Program-made: the position numbers and the translations under genes
Shown here: piece after piece, positions 39,752 to 52,100 of the stretch
How positions within the stretch are numbered: the first letter of the stretch is position 1
How the letters are laid out: every line of letters starts with the position of its first letter
The notes under the pieces: model-generated
The model's input: the letters and a program-made list of their open reading frames with translations, nothing else
Database searches by the model: none
What the model was told of the DNA's origin: nothing
From: Raillietiella orientalis
Lineage: Eukaryota
NCBI GenBank assembly: GCA_036172245.1
Contig: JAYWIR010000077.1
Location: 62,001-126,000 of the forward strand
DNA: 64,000 nucleotides
Reading direction: 5' to 3'

Positions 39752-40792
39752 TCATTCTTGGAAAGCTGGATGAGAGGAAGGAGTTTTTTCCGGGGACACG
39801 TTGTTCTGGTGAAAGGGCGCTTCTTGTCCTCTTCCCATTTTCTGAGATCTGTGCCTTCTTATCTTAAGCATCATGGAAACGCATTCCTGCATCAGTCGAT
39901 TGTGCTCTCGCTGGAGGCAGGCGGCGCGCGTGGCCATCTCGTCTTCCTTTGCCCGACGTGCATCTCGAGATCTTTTTGCAGCCTCATTATTTTTGCGCCT
40001 GCGTGTTAAATACTGTTCGTCCTTGGTGCAGCTCGAGTCGCCGGAAGACTGCTGCGACTGCTGCCCAGCTCCATTGGAGACGCGCGCGTTCACCGGTAGG
40101 GTGGAGTCGCGGACCTCTGTGGAGGACAGCTCGAGAAAAGGCTTCTGGCAGAGCCTCTCCTCTCCGATGCTTTCCGGGATCATGGGCACGCAGAGGCGTC
40201 CGTTGGCACAGGCGTACGAGTGCTTGTCCTTTGTAAGCAGCCCATCGGGTTGGTTCGGATACTGAGGGAAGGAATAGTGCTTAAAGGGACGCTGGCTATT
40301 GAGCTCTCCTACTATCAGTTCGGAGGTACTGCCGCTGCTGGAGGGCGAGGCGAAAAGGTAGGAAGATGCAGACATGTTTGTGGAAGCCAATGAGGGGATT
40401 GTCCATGTCGGCAGAAGGGCGTCGTACTGTGGGGGGATGGGGTGCAGGTTTGGAGAGGCGTGCACTGAAGGGGCCAGGTCGTAGTATCCCACGAACACTG
40501 GCGACAGTTCGCTGCTTAGTCCTCCGCAGGTAGTGCTACGCGGGAGAGTCACGGGGATATGCACAGGGTATTCAGGTAGCTGCTGGTTTTTGCAGGAGCA
40601 GCTGCTGCTGGTCTTTGAGAGGTCCAAAACCTGATAGTCTCTTTTCTTGCAGTCTGACACTTCAATGACTTGGGTCCCGTTCCTCGGACAAGACTGCATG
40701 CTAAAGTCTAGTGGTTCGCAACCAGCCAGGTTTGCCATCATGATCTCCTGTTTGTGCGTGGAGTGCTGCCCGAAAGCCAAATCCCTGGCCAT
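39752..40792 (-). CDS. gt: PAR-bZIP transcription factor, giant-like (copy 2, divergent), ~346 aa
   Basis: b[47 protein letters not shown]; CtBP-type motifs PLDFS and VLDLS; partial RPFK motif. The ATG at 40792 follows the acceptor TTTTTTGCAG|CC. Confidence 0.82.
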   Translation of the reverse strand: MARDLAFGQHSTHKQEIMMANLAGCEPLDFSMQSCPRNGTQVIEVSDCKKRDYQVLDLSKTSSSCSCKNQQLPEYPVHIPVTLPRSTTCGGLSSELSPVFVGYYDLAPSVHASPNLHPIPPQYDALLPTWTIPSLASTNMSASSYLFASPSSSGSTSELIVGELNSQRPFKHYSFPQYPNQPDGLLTKDKHSYACANGRLCVPMIPESIGEERLCQKPFLELSSTEVRDSTLPVNARVSNGAGQQSQQSSGDSSCTKDEQYLTRRRKNNEAAKRSRDARRAKEDEMATRAACLQREHNRLMQECVSMMLKIRRHRSQKMGRGQEAPFHQNNVSPEKTPSSHPAFQE

Positions 40793-40794
40793 GG

Positions 40795-41186
40795 CTGCAA
40801 AAAAAGGCAAACGTCAAAGAACGATCTACACGAAATACAGGACCTATCAAAACTTTCTAACTCAAATGGAGGAGACTAACAAAAACAGACAAGAGCGTTT
40901 CTCAGAGGACAAGCGATTATTGAGTCGGCTGTCGCAAACGCGAACACTACTCGCATGCGGTCACTGAGATTCACAAAAACCGTTGGCGGAATGAATTGAG
41001 ACTTGGGCGCAAGTCCTTCCGAGCTTCCCGCATTTTGGTGCTCCACGCTCTTCCATGCGCTTGCTAACCCACCTTTTTAGCTCCTACCCCACACCAAGAC
41101 CTCTCATCACTTTCCCCTTTAAAGCAGCGTTGTCTCGCAACCGAAATACAACCCCCCCTTGGTCATGAACCCTACTGACCACTTAC
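40795..41186 (-). other. Putative first intron of giant-like copy 2 (392 nt)
   Basis: Consensus donor TAG|GTAAGT at 41186 and acceptor TTTTTTGCAG at 40795. Confidence 0.55.
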
Positions 41187-44100
41187 CTACTGCAAGCGCG
41201 CAGACATTCAACCAAAGGAATGAGGACCACAGGTCGTTGCTTCTCTTCCTACGTCAAGTTACCTGCTACGACGCGCGCCGACCTTTCTCAGGATAGAGCT
41301 TCAGGCACCAGCATCCACTCCTACGACTTCTCACGAATGCCTAGCGCGTTCAACTGAGAGCGCGCGCGCGCGCCCCAACAAGGTCAGATTCCGAGAACAG
41401 AGTCGGGGTCAGCGTACCGTGCTCCGAGCACGCAAGTAACGCAAGCGTCACTTGCGTGCCCGGAATCCCTGCGCCCCTGATACGCAGCCTCGCGGCAGTC
41501 GCAACGAACGAGCTAACCCCTTTAATGCCAATCGAGGCAGAACCGCACAAGTCGACAGATCGAAAGAGGAATGACCTAAAAATACGCGCGATTTCATGTG
41601 CAGAGGTAACGCCCTGGCGTGTTGGTGCTGTGCGGGATGCGTTAAAACGCGACCAATGTTGCTAAGTTTTTCTTTTTTTTCCCTTCCGCCCCTGTTTTTC
41701 TACCGTGCAAGTTTGGGTGTTTCAGGGATACGGAAGCGTCCGGAAAGGAACACGGGGCCACAGGTCGCGGACGGACGTATGAATGTACGACTTTGACGAC
41801 TCACGCCGTAAAGACCGCGGAATAAGAGAGAGGGCATGCGTTTCTTCTGCACAACATGGACCTGGAGCGAAAGAGATTGTTATTCTGCAAGGATTAAAGA
41901 CCCACCGAAGGGTCAAATGCTCCGACTTTCGTGGCCCGCTTGGTTGCAGCTTGTGTGCGGTCCACCTTTGCACCCTCGCGTGCTCCAACATCTCGCAAAG
42001 CGGGTCTGCTTCTGGTAGGACTCCCATCCACAGGTGCTTCTGCACGTTTTTCTCGTTTTGTTCTTTCCAGAAGGCACCAGTCATAAAGTTCCCCCCCATC
42101 CACAGGGACAGGGGAGCCTTATGACAGGGGCCTAGCCGCAGGGCTGGGGCACAGACCCCAGCCCTGCGGCTACGGAATCCGACTTCTTGGCAAGTTCGTT
42201 TGTGCTCCCGACTTGCCATCGAGTCGCATCTTGAGGATGCATGCGCTTCCTTCTTCGGCCAATGCTGAACACGCGGCCATCTCATCAAAGACAGGTCGAA
42301 TGCCGAACTTTTCAATTTACGGGATTATGGCTGGTTGAGAACTTACCCAACTGTCCCCATTCTACTGCCCCGCTCCTTTCTAAGGGTGGTAACTGGGCTA
42401 CGATCCACGCATTCAAAGGTGCCATCCATCGTGAAGGGGAAATTTCATCAAAACAGCGTGGTTTCTCTTGGGTGCTGCTGCACGATTTCTCGCACCCGTT
42501 GTCTATTCCCTGATTTGTCGCCGGTGCGAGTTTCTGTGCCGATGCAAGAGAAAGCTGCTGGCGGACTCTTTTTGTAGGACACACAACCATGAAGGTCTCC
42601 TTTCCCTAAGAACACCACCGGATCCATCGAGCTGCTGAGAATTCAGAATACCGCCTTGGAGTTGGCCACGGACGACAAGATGCGAGGATCAAACACGCAG
42701 AAAACGTAAAGATTCAGGAATGTCCTCACTCAGGAAAGAGAAAAGAATATCGAGAACAGCGGTGTGTGTTCCGCGAGAAGTAGCTGGCAGAACGCGAGTG
42801 AGCACGCGCGCCTTCCAGAGAACTCATGCCGGTGGCTGCGCACAGTGACCTTCCATCCCGAATATGCGAGTCGACTGCTGGACCGAGGTGAGGAGGACAG
42901 CGCATGGAACCGCATAGCATCCTTTAGGTTCTCCAGCGCGGCAATGAGAGGATGAGGACGAGTGCGGCCACCGCCACATCTCCTGAGAGATACGTGCTGA
43001 CCACGAACACTCGCATCCTTCAGAGTACTGGTAGCTTACCAGGAAGCAGATGACGGGTCCATACTTTTGCTTCCCATCGAGAAGGCTGCTCATTTACTGA
43101 GCACAGTCCGGACGATTCTTGCAAAGGAACGATCCACCTGAGAGCAAAACAACTCTCGGTTCGGACGCCCTTTCTGTGAAGCAATTTCCGTTTGGCAATT
43201 CCCAATACAGCGTCCTTGTGACGCTTTTTTCCGGATCTTTTATAGGATGGAAGGGAGAAGGAGCAAGGGAGAGCATCGACTCCAGAATTCTTTAGCACCT
43301 GGACAAGGAAGAGCGCTGTTGGAATCTCTCTGCAAGAGCCTTCTCTCATCCTCTTGAACGAGCACGTTGCTTTCTCCCTAGATCTACTCTCCCCATCTAG
43401 GAGAAAAGAGGCGCGAACGTTCGCATCCGGGGGAATTTTACTTTTTCCTCGAAAACCGCCAAGAGGCAGGGATATCTGCAGCAGCCTAGAAAGAGAGGCA
43501 CATCTGCAGACAACTGCAAAGTGGGAGGGGGAGGGGGAAAAAGGGGCGCGAATCTGACGGAAGAGTAACTCAGCATACACTGCCTTCCGGTCCTCTTCTG
43601 CGGTTGACGCCTCTGCCCGCACGGCGCCTCTCCTTCCTGGAAGCGCCTACAGCTGAGCGGCCTGGCACGATCGACCCCGAGCAGATACCCAGGGGATGCA
43701 CCTGCACGCTCAAATGAAAACCTTCGACATGAAGAAACGCGAGACCCTCTGTGAGCGTTGTACTAATCCCACAGCGCGCAGATCCGACGCGTTTCATCGT
43801 ACGGATGGGAACCGAGAGCCATTTCTGAACCTCATTCCCTGAATCGGAAACGCTCGTCCTGGAGAAAATGGACCAGGGGTCTCGGAAGCAAAAGGGCATG
43901 CATCTCGCTACCTGGCCGCGGAGGAACAGGGAGACTGACTTTTCAGAGGCGACGGCCACTTCCACTGCTGCGCGCAGTGGCCTATGAGGGATGCTTCCGC
44001 GCATACTCAACGTCAGGAAATGCATCTGTAGCTAAAGAAACTACTCGCAAAGAGAAGCAAAACGCAGAGTCTCGGGTGAAAAGTACGATTGGAGTTGGAA

Positions 44101-45914
44101 AACGGTTGTAAGCACTGCTTTGCTGCATCTTCTGACCTTCCTGGAAACCATGCAGAATACATAGGCGAGGAAGTTGACAGTCATCAGGTCCGCGAAAGCT
44201 TCCTCACCATACCACTATCCGCATTCTCCCATCACAGAAATTTCATGATTCTCCTGCTGGTGGAGCTCTGAAAAGATGAACGACACCTCTTGGTCGGAAA
44301 TTAACTTTACCGTCAAGTCTACTTCCTGTATTTAGTGAGCGATAACCAGGTAAGAGCATTTTTCCTTGGAGGCACTCGAGAGCGACCCAGGCACCGCACT
44401 TTTTCATTCCTCCCCCACGAACTTTAAAGCCTCACAAGCAGCATGTGATCCCAAAGGTCCTCCCCCTCGGATGCAATCGCAACCCTACCTAGAGAAAGTA
44501 CAGGGATCATACTGCCTTTGATTACGGACCGACACACATCAGTCTTTAGCTGTATGTCTTTCAAATAAGCTGTCTGGAGATTCATGGAGAAAAGCACAGA
44601 AGAACGACATGCTGCACGTCTTCCCCTGCAAGTCCGTGAACAACGAACAGCCGAGAATCTCATTCAGCGCTTGGTTTCCACGAAGAAAGGAACCTTCCAG
44701 CATGCCTCAAAGAATTCAATTTAGTGCTAATGAAGGAAGGAACAATCCTGTGGCCGCAGTCGAACTTCTAAGTGAAAAGAGAGTTATCAAAGAGCGAAAC
44801 AGCAAGCATTCTGGAATTGCAGATAAGATTGAGTTTCAAGCAAGGGATCTCGCCAAATGAAACATCCACGACCGCTCTTTCCTTTCCAACACGAATTCAA
44901 AAAATCCTTGGAAACCCATTCCTTTATGGCTACAGAGTTCGAAGCAGCAACCGTCACCAGAAAATGGTGCCAAAATCTCAAAACTCTTCTCAAATCACTC
45001 CGAAAGACAAAGTATCGCCAAAAAGCGTACCCGCCGTTGGCGGCTTCCGGGACAAAACAAACGCGAAAAAGGAAAAGCGAGGGGTTTTCGGAAGAGAGCA
45101 GGTGGCACTCCTACCGATCCTTCCGGCGACAAACCATCACTCATGAAAGGTCGACTGACTCCACGTCGTCATTCCAGCGGGTTGCCGAATTCGACAGCCT
45201 GGAATGGCTCACTTCGTTTCAAAGGTCACTTCGTGTGATCTGGACCAGCGCTGGCTGTGAGCGAAACCCTACGGATGCGACACACCTAGTTTATCTGCAC
45301 TCTAGGCGCAAACGGTGCGGCTGTCCCCCGGCCCGGTTCCTGTTGATTCCTGAAGAAAAGGACGGGTCTGGAAACTTCACTTCCCAGCCAGACGGTCTCC
45401 CAGGATGCAACAGTGTGGCTGGAGAAGAGGATAGAAAGCAAGAATGAAGATAGGTTGATCGTTGAGTTTCCTCCTTCCTTCATCTTTTTTCCTTGGTGTT
45501 CACGACAACACCCCTACCTTGGGGCAGAACCCAAAGACAAGTGTTCCAGGACCACACCTGATGAAACGCGTTGCATCACGGAACCTGAGAGAGAGGAAAA
45601 TGGATTCCCGGTTGCCGAAGAAAGACTTCGCCTGACAACTCTGGAAACCTGCTGATTTCATTACGGCTTTCTAGCGACGCATAGGAATCCTTTCCAAAGG
45701 CAGCAGTTCGAAAAACGTAACGACACAGTCGGACTAAAGGGGAATCGACATCGCACAGCACGTGACCAAAGATGCTTGCTCAACCACCACAGCCAAATGA
45801 CCAAACCGAAACTGGAGCGATTCAAAACGATAAATACGGTGAACGCGTGAAATGACCATCAGAGGTCACGTTGCATGCGTTAGCACCGTGACGTTCTTGA
45901 AAATATGCTGATAC

Positions 45915-45920
45915 TTTATT
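45915..45920 (-). promoter_or_regulatory. Polyadenylation signal AATAAA of HECTD1
   Basis: Plus-strand TTTATT about 235 nt beyond the HECTD1 stop. Confidence 0.5.
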
Positions 45921-46154
45921 AGGACTTTTGTCTGGTCATACATTAGAACTCAAATCAATTCTTGTTTGGGAAGTGCATTGTCGTGGGCTGACACTTCCTT
46001 AGGTTTCCTTTTAACACAGATGGAGGTGCATCGTTCTTCTCTGGAATGAGGATCGCAGCAATGGTAGTTCTCGTCGAGGCAACAAAACCATCCCAGTTTG
46101 GATGCTAATGCCAAAAACATTGGGCACTTTCGACTCCAGAAACAGCCGCATCTT

Positions 46155-49100
46155 TCAATTGAGATGAAAGCCTCTTTCGTAGGTGGCTCGTAAGAGGCGA
46201 ATTCGCAACAGTTCTTCCGAACTGTAGTCAGGCAACTTCAAGTAATGAACACAAGTGTTGACGGATGGATAACTTCCGTCATCAGCATCCACTTTGCGCA
46301 CCACTGTCAGTCTTGGATAGAGGTTAGCAAGTCCGCCTGGAGGAAGACTCGAACAGCCTGTTGTGAACTGCAGAAAAGCCTTCCTCTCTTCTCCATTCAT
46401 GGCCAGCAGAACGTTTACTAGCTTCAGAAAGCCAGGACTGAAAAGGAACGTTTTTACTGGAACATCGCAATCGGTGCACTCACCTTTCACGAGTGAAACC
46501 CAGTTTGGGTTCTGTGTAGGTAAGCAGGTCCTCTCTCGTCCACACTGGAACCTGCTCCCCACAGAGTAGCATGCGCAGCTCTTCGCAGCGAAATGACTGT
46601 AGTTTTTTCATCGACAGAACCAAGTCAAAACCAGCTTTCAAGGATAACATCTGACGTCGAATTCCCGTACATAAATAGAAGTCCGCCAGCAGCCAAGCGT
46701 ACTCAGCAGCATTGGACAAAGTTACTAGTTTATTACTGCCTCCTGGCACTAATTCGCAACTCGAAAATCCGTACACCCGAGATGTGGGCAAGAATTCAAA
46801 GTGCAGCATCAAATCTTCGACCCTAATGGTGTCATCAAAAGGCTGACAATTGAAAAGCCACGCACAGACCTCACTGTCTCTCCGTTGACGTCGAGCTGCA
46901 ACTTGTCAAGAGCTGCACGCTTCTCAAATTCGGAAAGACCTGAATCTTCCAGAATGCTCTGTCTCTGGCGCGAGAGTTGGAGCAACTTCTGCAGGAAATC
47001 ATACCTCGGAGCATCCAGGAGCGCCAAATCCTCCCAAGACAGCACGCTAGAAAGTGAAGAACATTTTAAGATCAAGGGTTTCTATTTCGCCTTCTGTTTC
47101 TCCTTTACCTTGCGGAACTACAGTAACGACACATCAATTTCAAAAACGGGAGGGACAGGGGCAAATCTACCAGACGAGCATCTTGCAAGACTTTCGCAAG
47201 AAAAATGCCTAAAAAGCTGAAATACGAGTTGGGCACAACGTTGCACACAAACATCACTTCTTACTGAAAGTATACGCAAGCTTGATCGCAGATGACACTA
47301 TCTTGGGGCAATGCTGCAGGGAATAGGCCCTGCTTTTGGTGCACATAGTAGCCTGCCCGCTGAGGATTCTTAGTTTTGCCGACATCCCACAGTTCGGCCG
47401 TATCTGCGTCGTCGTCACACATCCATATCCCAAGATCTTTCCTTTGGAGTTCCATGCCCACGAGTGCATAGAATTCCAAAGTTGGCCCTAGACCAGTTCC
47501 TTCTTCATCTTGAAACTCAACCTAAAATGGAACACAATTTTTGTAACTATTGATATCCATGATTGGCTGCTCACTTCCAACATTGTTTTGCGCCCAGCAT
47601 GCAAGTCGATTATTTGCATGGCCCATGTCAAAAGATCGTTTCCTCTGGGCACTCTAACCCTTTCATGTACCAACCGCCCAATGCAGGATTCATGCTGCTC
47701 CTCCCTTCGCCCTACAGAAATGCGATGTCTTTCTTGGGCTGAATCACGCTGCTTTTGAATCCAAACAATTGTCCTATGTAAAAATAATGAAGGAAGTTTA
47801 TGCAACTAGCCAAAGCTGGAATCACCTTGATGTGCCAAACGCAGTTGAAGTGAAGTATAGTTGTCGGGTCTCAAAAGGATACAAAACCGGACAACAAGAC
47901 AGAGTATAGTTAATCCAAGGAGGTAGAGATCCGCTAGCTAACACCAGAGAATCCTGTAACTGCTGTACGAGCTTGTTGGTAAGCTTCCTGCTAACAAATT
48001 CTTCTGCTGGTACAGGCCAATGGACTTTTTCCGTCAACCAATAAAGACGCTGAATAAGTTGAAGCACTTCTTGTACGCTCACAGGAGTATCTTTGTCTTC
48101 TGGAAAAACATCTGATCCTTCCAAATTCCAGTTCTTTTCTTGATACACGATGCTAACAGCACACAATCATGAATGCTGAAAACAACAACCATCTTACGTG
48201 TAAGTAGGTTCCCACAATCGACGGAGTTTCTCTTGCTTGCCTCCCTCTGCCAGTACAGTTGATGCCTGAACGGCATTGAAGATTGTCATATTAGGATCGA
48301 CAAGGGGAAAATCGACCTCCTGACCCTGGTACAAGGGTAAAAACAACGGACAGAAGAACCACCACAAACCTCGGATCCTGATATACGGATACTCAAACTG
48401 AGCTGTGCTTGAGTTGAAGGTTCCGAGGCAGTTTCCTTCGTGAGCTCCGGAAAATCGGAATAACTAACCGATAAATCAACTGTCTGATTAAGATTGGCAC
48501 GCCCAGGGCGTGGATCAAAGGCTGGTATCAGTTCAGGAAACTGTCTTTTCAAAACGAAATCATCATCCCACAAATGACGCTTGCTATGATGTGCATCAGC
48601 ATTTTCTTCTTCCTAAAAATGAATTAATTACATTTTTGCCAAATCCGATGCAACCAACCATTCTTATTTCTTCATAGTCATCAGTGTCCTCACTCTCCTC
48701 ATCATCATTTTCATCAACATCTTCAGCTTCCACATCGTACTCCAAGTCCGCCAAAAGAGTAGTGGCTCTGCAACTTTCAAGAAGATCCTACTTAAAATAT
48801 ATAAGATTGATCAAAGATATTAGAAAATACCTGTTCACTATCACTGGATGTTGAAACTAGGCTGAGACCTCTTTCAATAGGTATAACATTCACCACAGAA
48901 TTCGACATATCGGTTGCAGCGATTTTTTTCTTATTCTGAGAGATTGAACTTGCTAAAAGGCTTGGATAGCTTTGTGCCATGCCCAGTGAAGATGCTGTGA
49001 AGTACCGATGAGGACCACTCAGAAGGATCTACACTTACTTGGAAAGCAGCGGGTTGCAATAGTCAGAAGGTTTGTTTTAGCAGTCAAGGAATTCTCAGTG

Positions 49101-52100
49101 TCCAGAGATCCATCGGCTACTAGAGGATTTACTAGCAATGTAGAGGCTGGATTCTCTGTTCCTTCTTTGGATGTCAAATCAGGGACACTGACACTCATGG
49201 TCCTGGTATTGACTTCTCCTTCAAAAGATTTCCGATTTTTCTGTGAATCATTGGTTTCTCCAGAACTTTCTTCTCTTAACTTTCTTCTTTCATATGTCAA
49301 CCTTTCATTATTTTTGATCTCTCTTTTAGCACCCAATGTTACACCTTGTAATATGACAAGTCCTCTAGACAAGACACAATTCCTAGCATTTTTTTGATTG
49401 AAAGCAGTCTCAGTTGAAGAGGAATAAGGCTCTAAGACGCTTTTCAGCTAATATGATAAAACATGTATTATTCTCTGCAGACTTCCCATAAGTTGACTAC
49501 TTACCATGAGCCATTCATGTTTGGAAGAATTTGACTTGCCCAACGATTCTTGGTATTGATCTAATAAAGAACAGAGAACTTGCTGCTTTTCCAACGCAGT
49601 AATTGGGATGGGTTCAATGAGCGCACGTAATTTTTGTGTCAGTATTTGGTTGTTCAATTGGTACAATTCATGCTGTCCAGCACAGTTTTCCTCTTGAATG
49701 TTCAATCCCTTCTGATAGTCCTTCAGATTCACAGAGCTGGAACCTGAAGATGAACTAGCAGCCGACACATTATCTTGTGACCGTTTCGATGTGGATGTGG
49801 TTACAAAAGTTGATCGATAGGTTTCTGAATTGCCAGAATCCATCACAGCAGTAAGATTTGCTTGTGCACTTGCCTGAGATAGAACACCTTCAGCAATAGC
49901 TTCTGCAGCTCTCTGTCGATTACCAGAACATACTTTTTTTGAAGCTGAACAATGTTTTACCTTGGCAGCAATATTATCTGCTGAGGCAGCCTGGTCAGTA
50001 CTGGCAACAGAGCGCTCATGTGCTGCAGCAGCTTCTGGCAAACTGGGCGTGGAGCTTGCTTTGCAATTACTCAATCCAGTAAATCGTGTTTCTGAGTAGT
50101 TAAGAGGCTTTACTAGGTACAGCTTTCAAATTGAGAAATAAACTTACTGGTAGTTGTGGCATTCTTCAGCATGACAACATTTGATAAAGAAGTCGCATTT
50201 TCTGGCACATTTATCAAACGTAAATCGTATTTGCCTTCAGCTCCCATTCGATATGAATTGCGTGTTCCATGATCCCAAGTGACATTAACCCAACCTAGTT
50301 TAACTGAATTGTTTTTGCACATTACATGTAGGTATACCTCTATGAAGAGTGGAGGTAACTGTGCCTTCACCTGGTGGATTTCCATCCTGCCCTTTCCATT
50401 TCCAATCAATACCTCGTACTACTCGTGCTCCAAGTGTCAAATGCTTCATCTGACTACGGACTTGACGTCGCAATTTTCTTACATGAATATCAAAATCGCG
50501 AGAGGTCTTTCCTAATGATCATGGTTTTGATGAGCTACACTGACAGAGTTTGAAACTTACCTAAATCTTCACATACACCAGTGATCATGCCATAAAGCTC
50601 AAAGCCAGATACTGACAAGTAATGATTCTGTCCAGAAGAGTTTTTACCAATCTGCTGGATGCGCACATGACGCCAGCCTTCTGATTCTTCCGGTAAAGGT
50701 GATAGAAACCACGTTGCAGTACTTCCAGGCTCATTCAGAGAGCAATCTTCCGTATGGGTGCTTAAAGTGACCCAATTAATACCATCCTTGGATACCTAAA
50801 TCATTGAAAAGCACTTAAAGATTAATGAACAGTAACACAATGGTTATAAATAAAAAAACAATCATTAATTTTGCAATCATTAACAGTTGCCTATAAAGAA
50901 CATAAATCAATTGCATGGTATTAGCATGAGTTGTTTATCCCCCTAACTACGGTAAAAACACAATCAATAGACAATGCTTGTACTTTCCTTGGTGAAAACT
51001 TATGATGTACCTCTAAGAAAATTTTTTTACTAAAATAGCCTTTTTGCACTAAGAAGTTCTGATCTGAAGTGATCATATACTAATCCCTGCTCAACCTTAC
51101 ACTAATCCTGGAAAATTTTTGGCTTTTTTGACAGATCAAATCCATTGAGAAAAAACAGTTGGGTTCTACATTAGGTAAGCTCAATCTCAAATTTGGCTGG
51201 AAAACTTTTCAAAACTAATGAAGCAAAAAATAGTTTTCTAAAACTATTAAATACTCTTTTCGTTTTGTTTATTTTTATAATTATGTAATTCTCCAATTTT
51301 CAATAATTTGTTTCATGAAAAAATATTTGCAAATGACCACTCTGCTTTCATTTTCATTTTCAAATCGCACATTTTTCTTTTAGATCTCTCCTAAAGTGCT
51401 CCGACAGATACCCTACTTTACATTCAAGACCAACAGGAAATTGTATACAACTGCAATTATAATTTAAAATGCTTACAGTTGCATGTTTGTTCATTTTACT
51501 GTATTGTTTCACTTATTTCAGGATGATGATTCTGCGAATTCGCAGCTATTTAATTTGGTGAACTGGACACCCTGATGCAATGGAGAATATCCAAGAGAGT
51601 GAAAATTGACAATCTCAACAATTAGAAATATTGCAATAAAAAAAAAATGCATTTTAAAAAGCAATTACCCGGTGAAAATCAAGCAAGCATGAACAAATTA
51701 AACTTTTCTGTTCTTTGAATGTGTATACTTCAATTATTGAAAACTTTTTCACGAAAATCAAAGAATCAACCAAATTGCATTAAATTATGAGTTGAACATT
51801 TAGAATTGCTCATGTTACAAATATGTACAAGAGAGTACAGAAGAAAACCTTTACAGGACTATGAAACCAATGAAACTCATTTACCTGAAAGCGCCAATTG
51901 CGTAATGCTGACTTCCCATATCCACGTGCATGTCTTAAAGTATAACTTGATGGAATGACCCAAATACCTAAATCAATAGCAAACCAGGCTCGCTTATCAT
52001 CATTGGTGTGACAATTGAGAGGAGTACTATCTCGACTGAGGATGTCTTCAAGTTTGCCATATGGTAAATGTCGTCCATCAGAGCATGAAACAACTACAAG

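Noticed and set aside
51565..51576. GGACACCCTG, like a Tc1/mariner-type terminus, near a CTGCGAATTCGCAG palindrome
   Set aside because: No partner inverted terminus or TA duplication was found.
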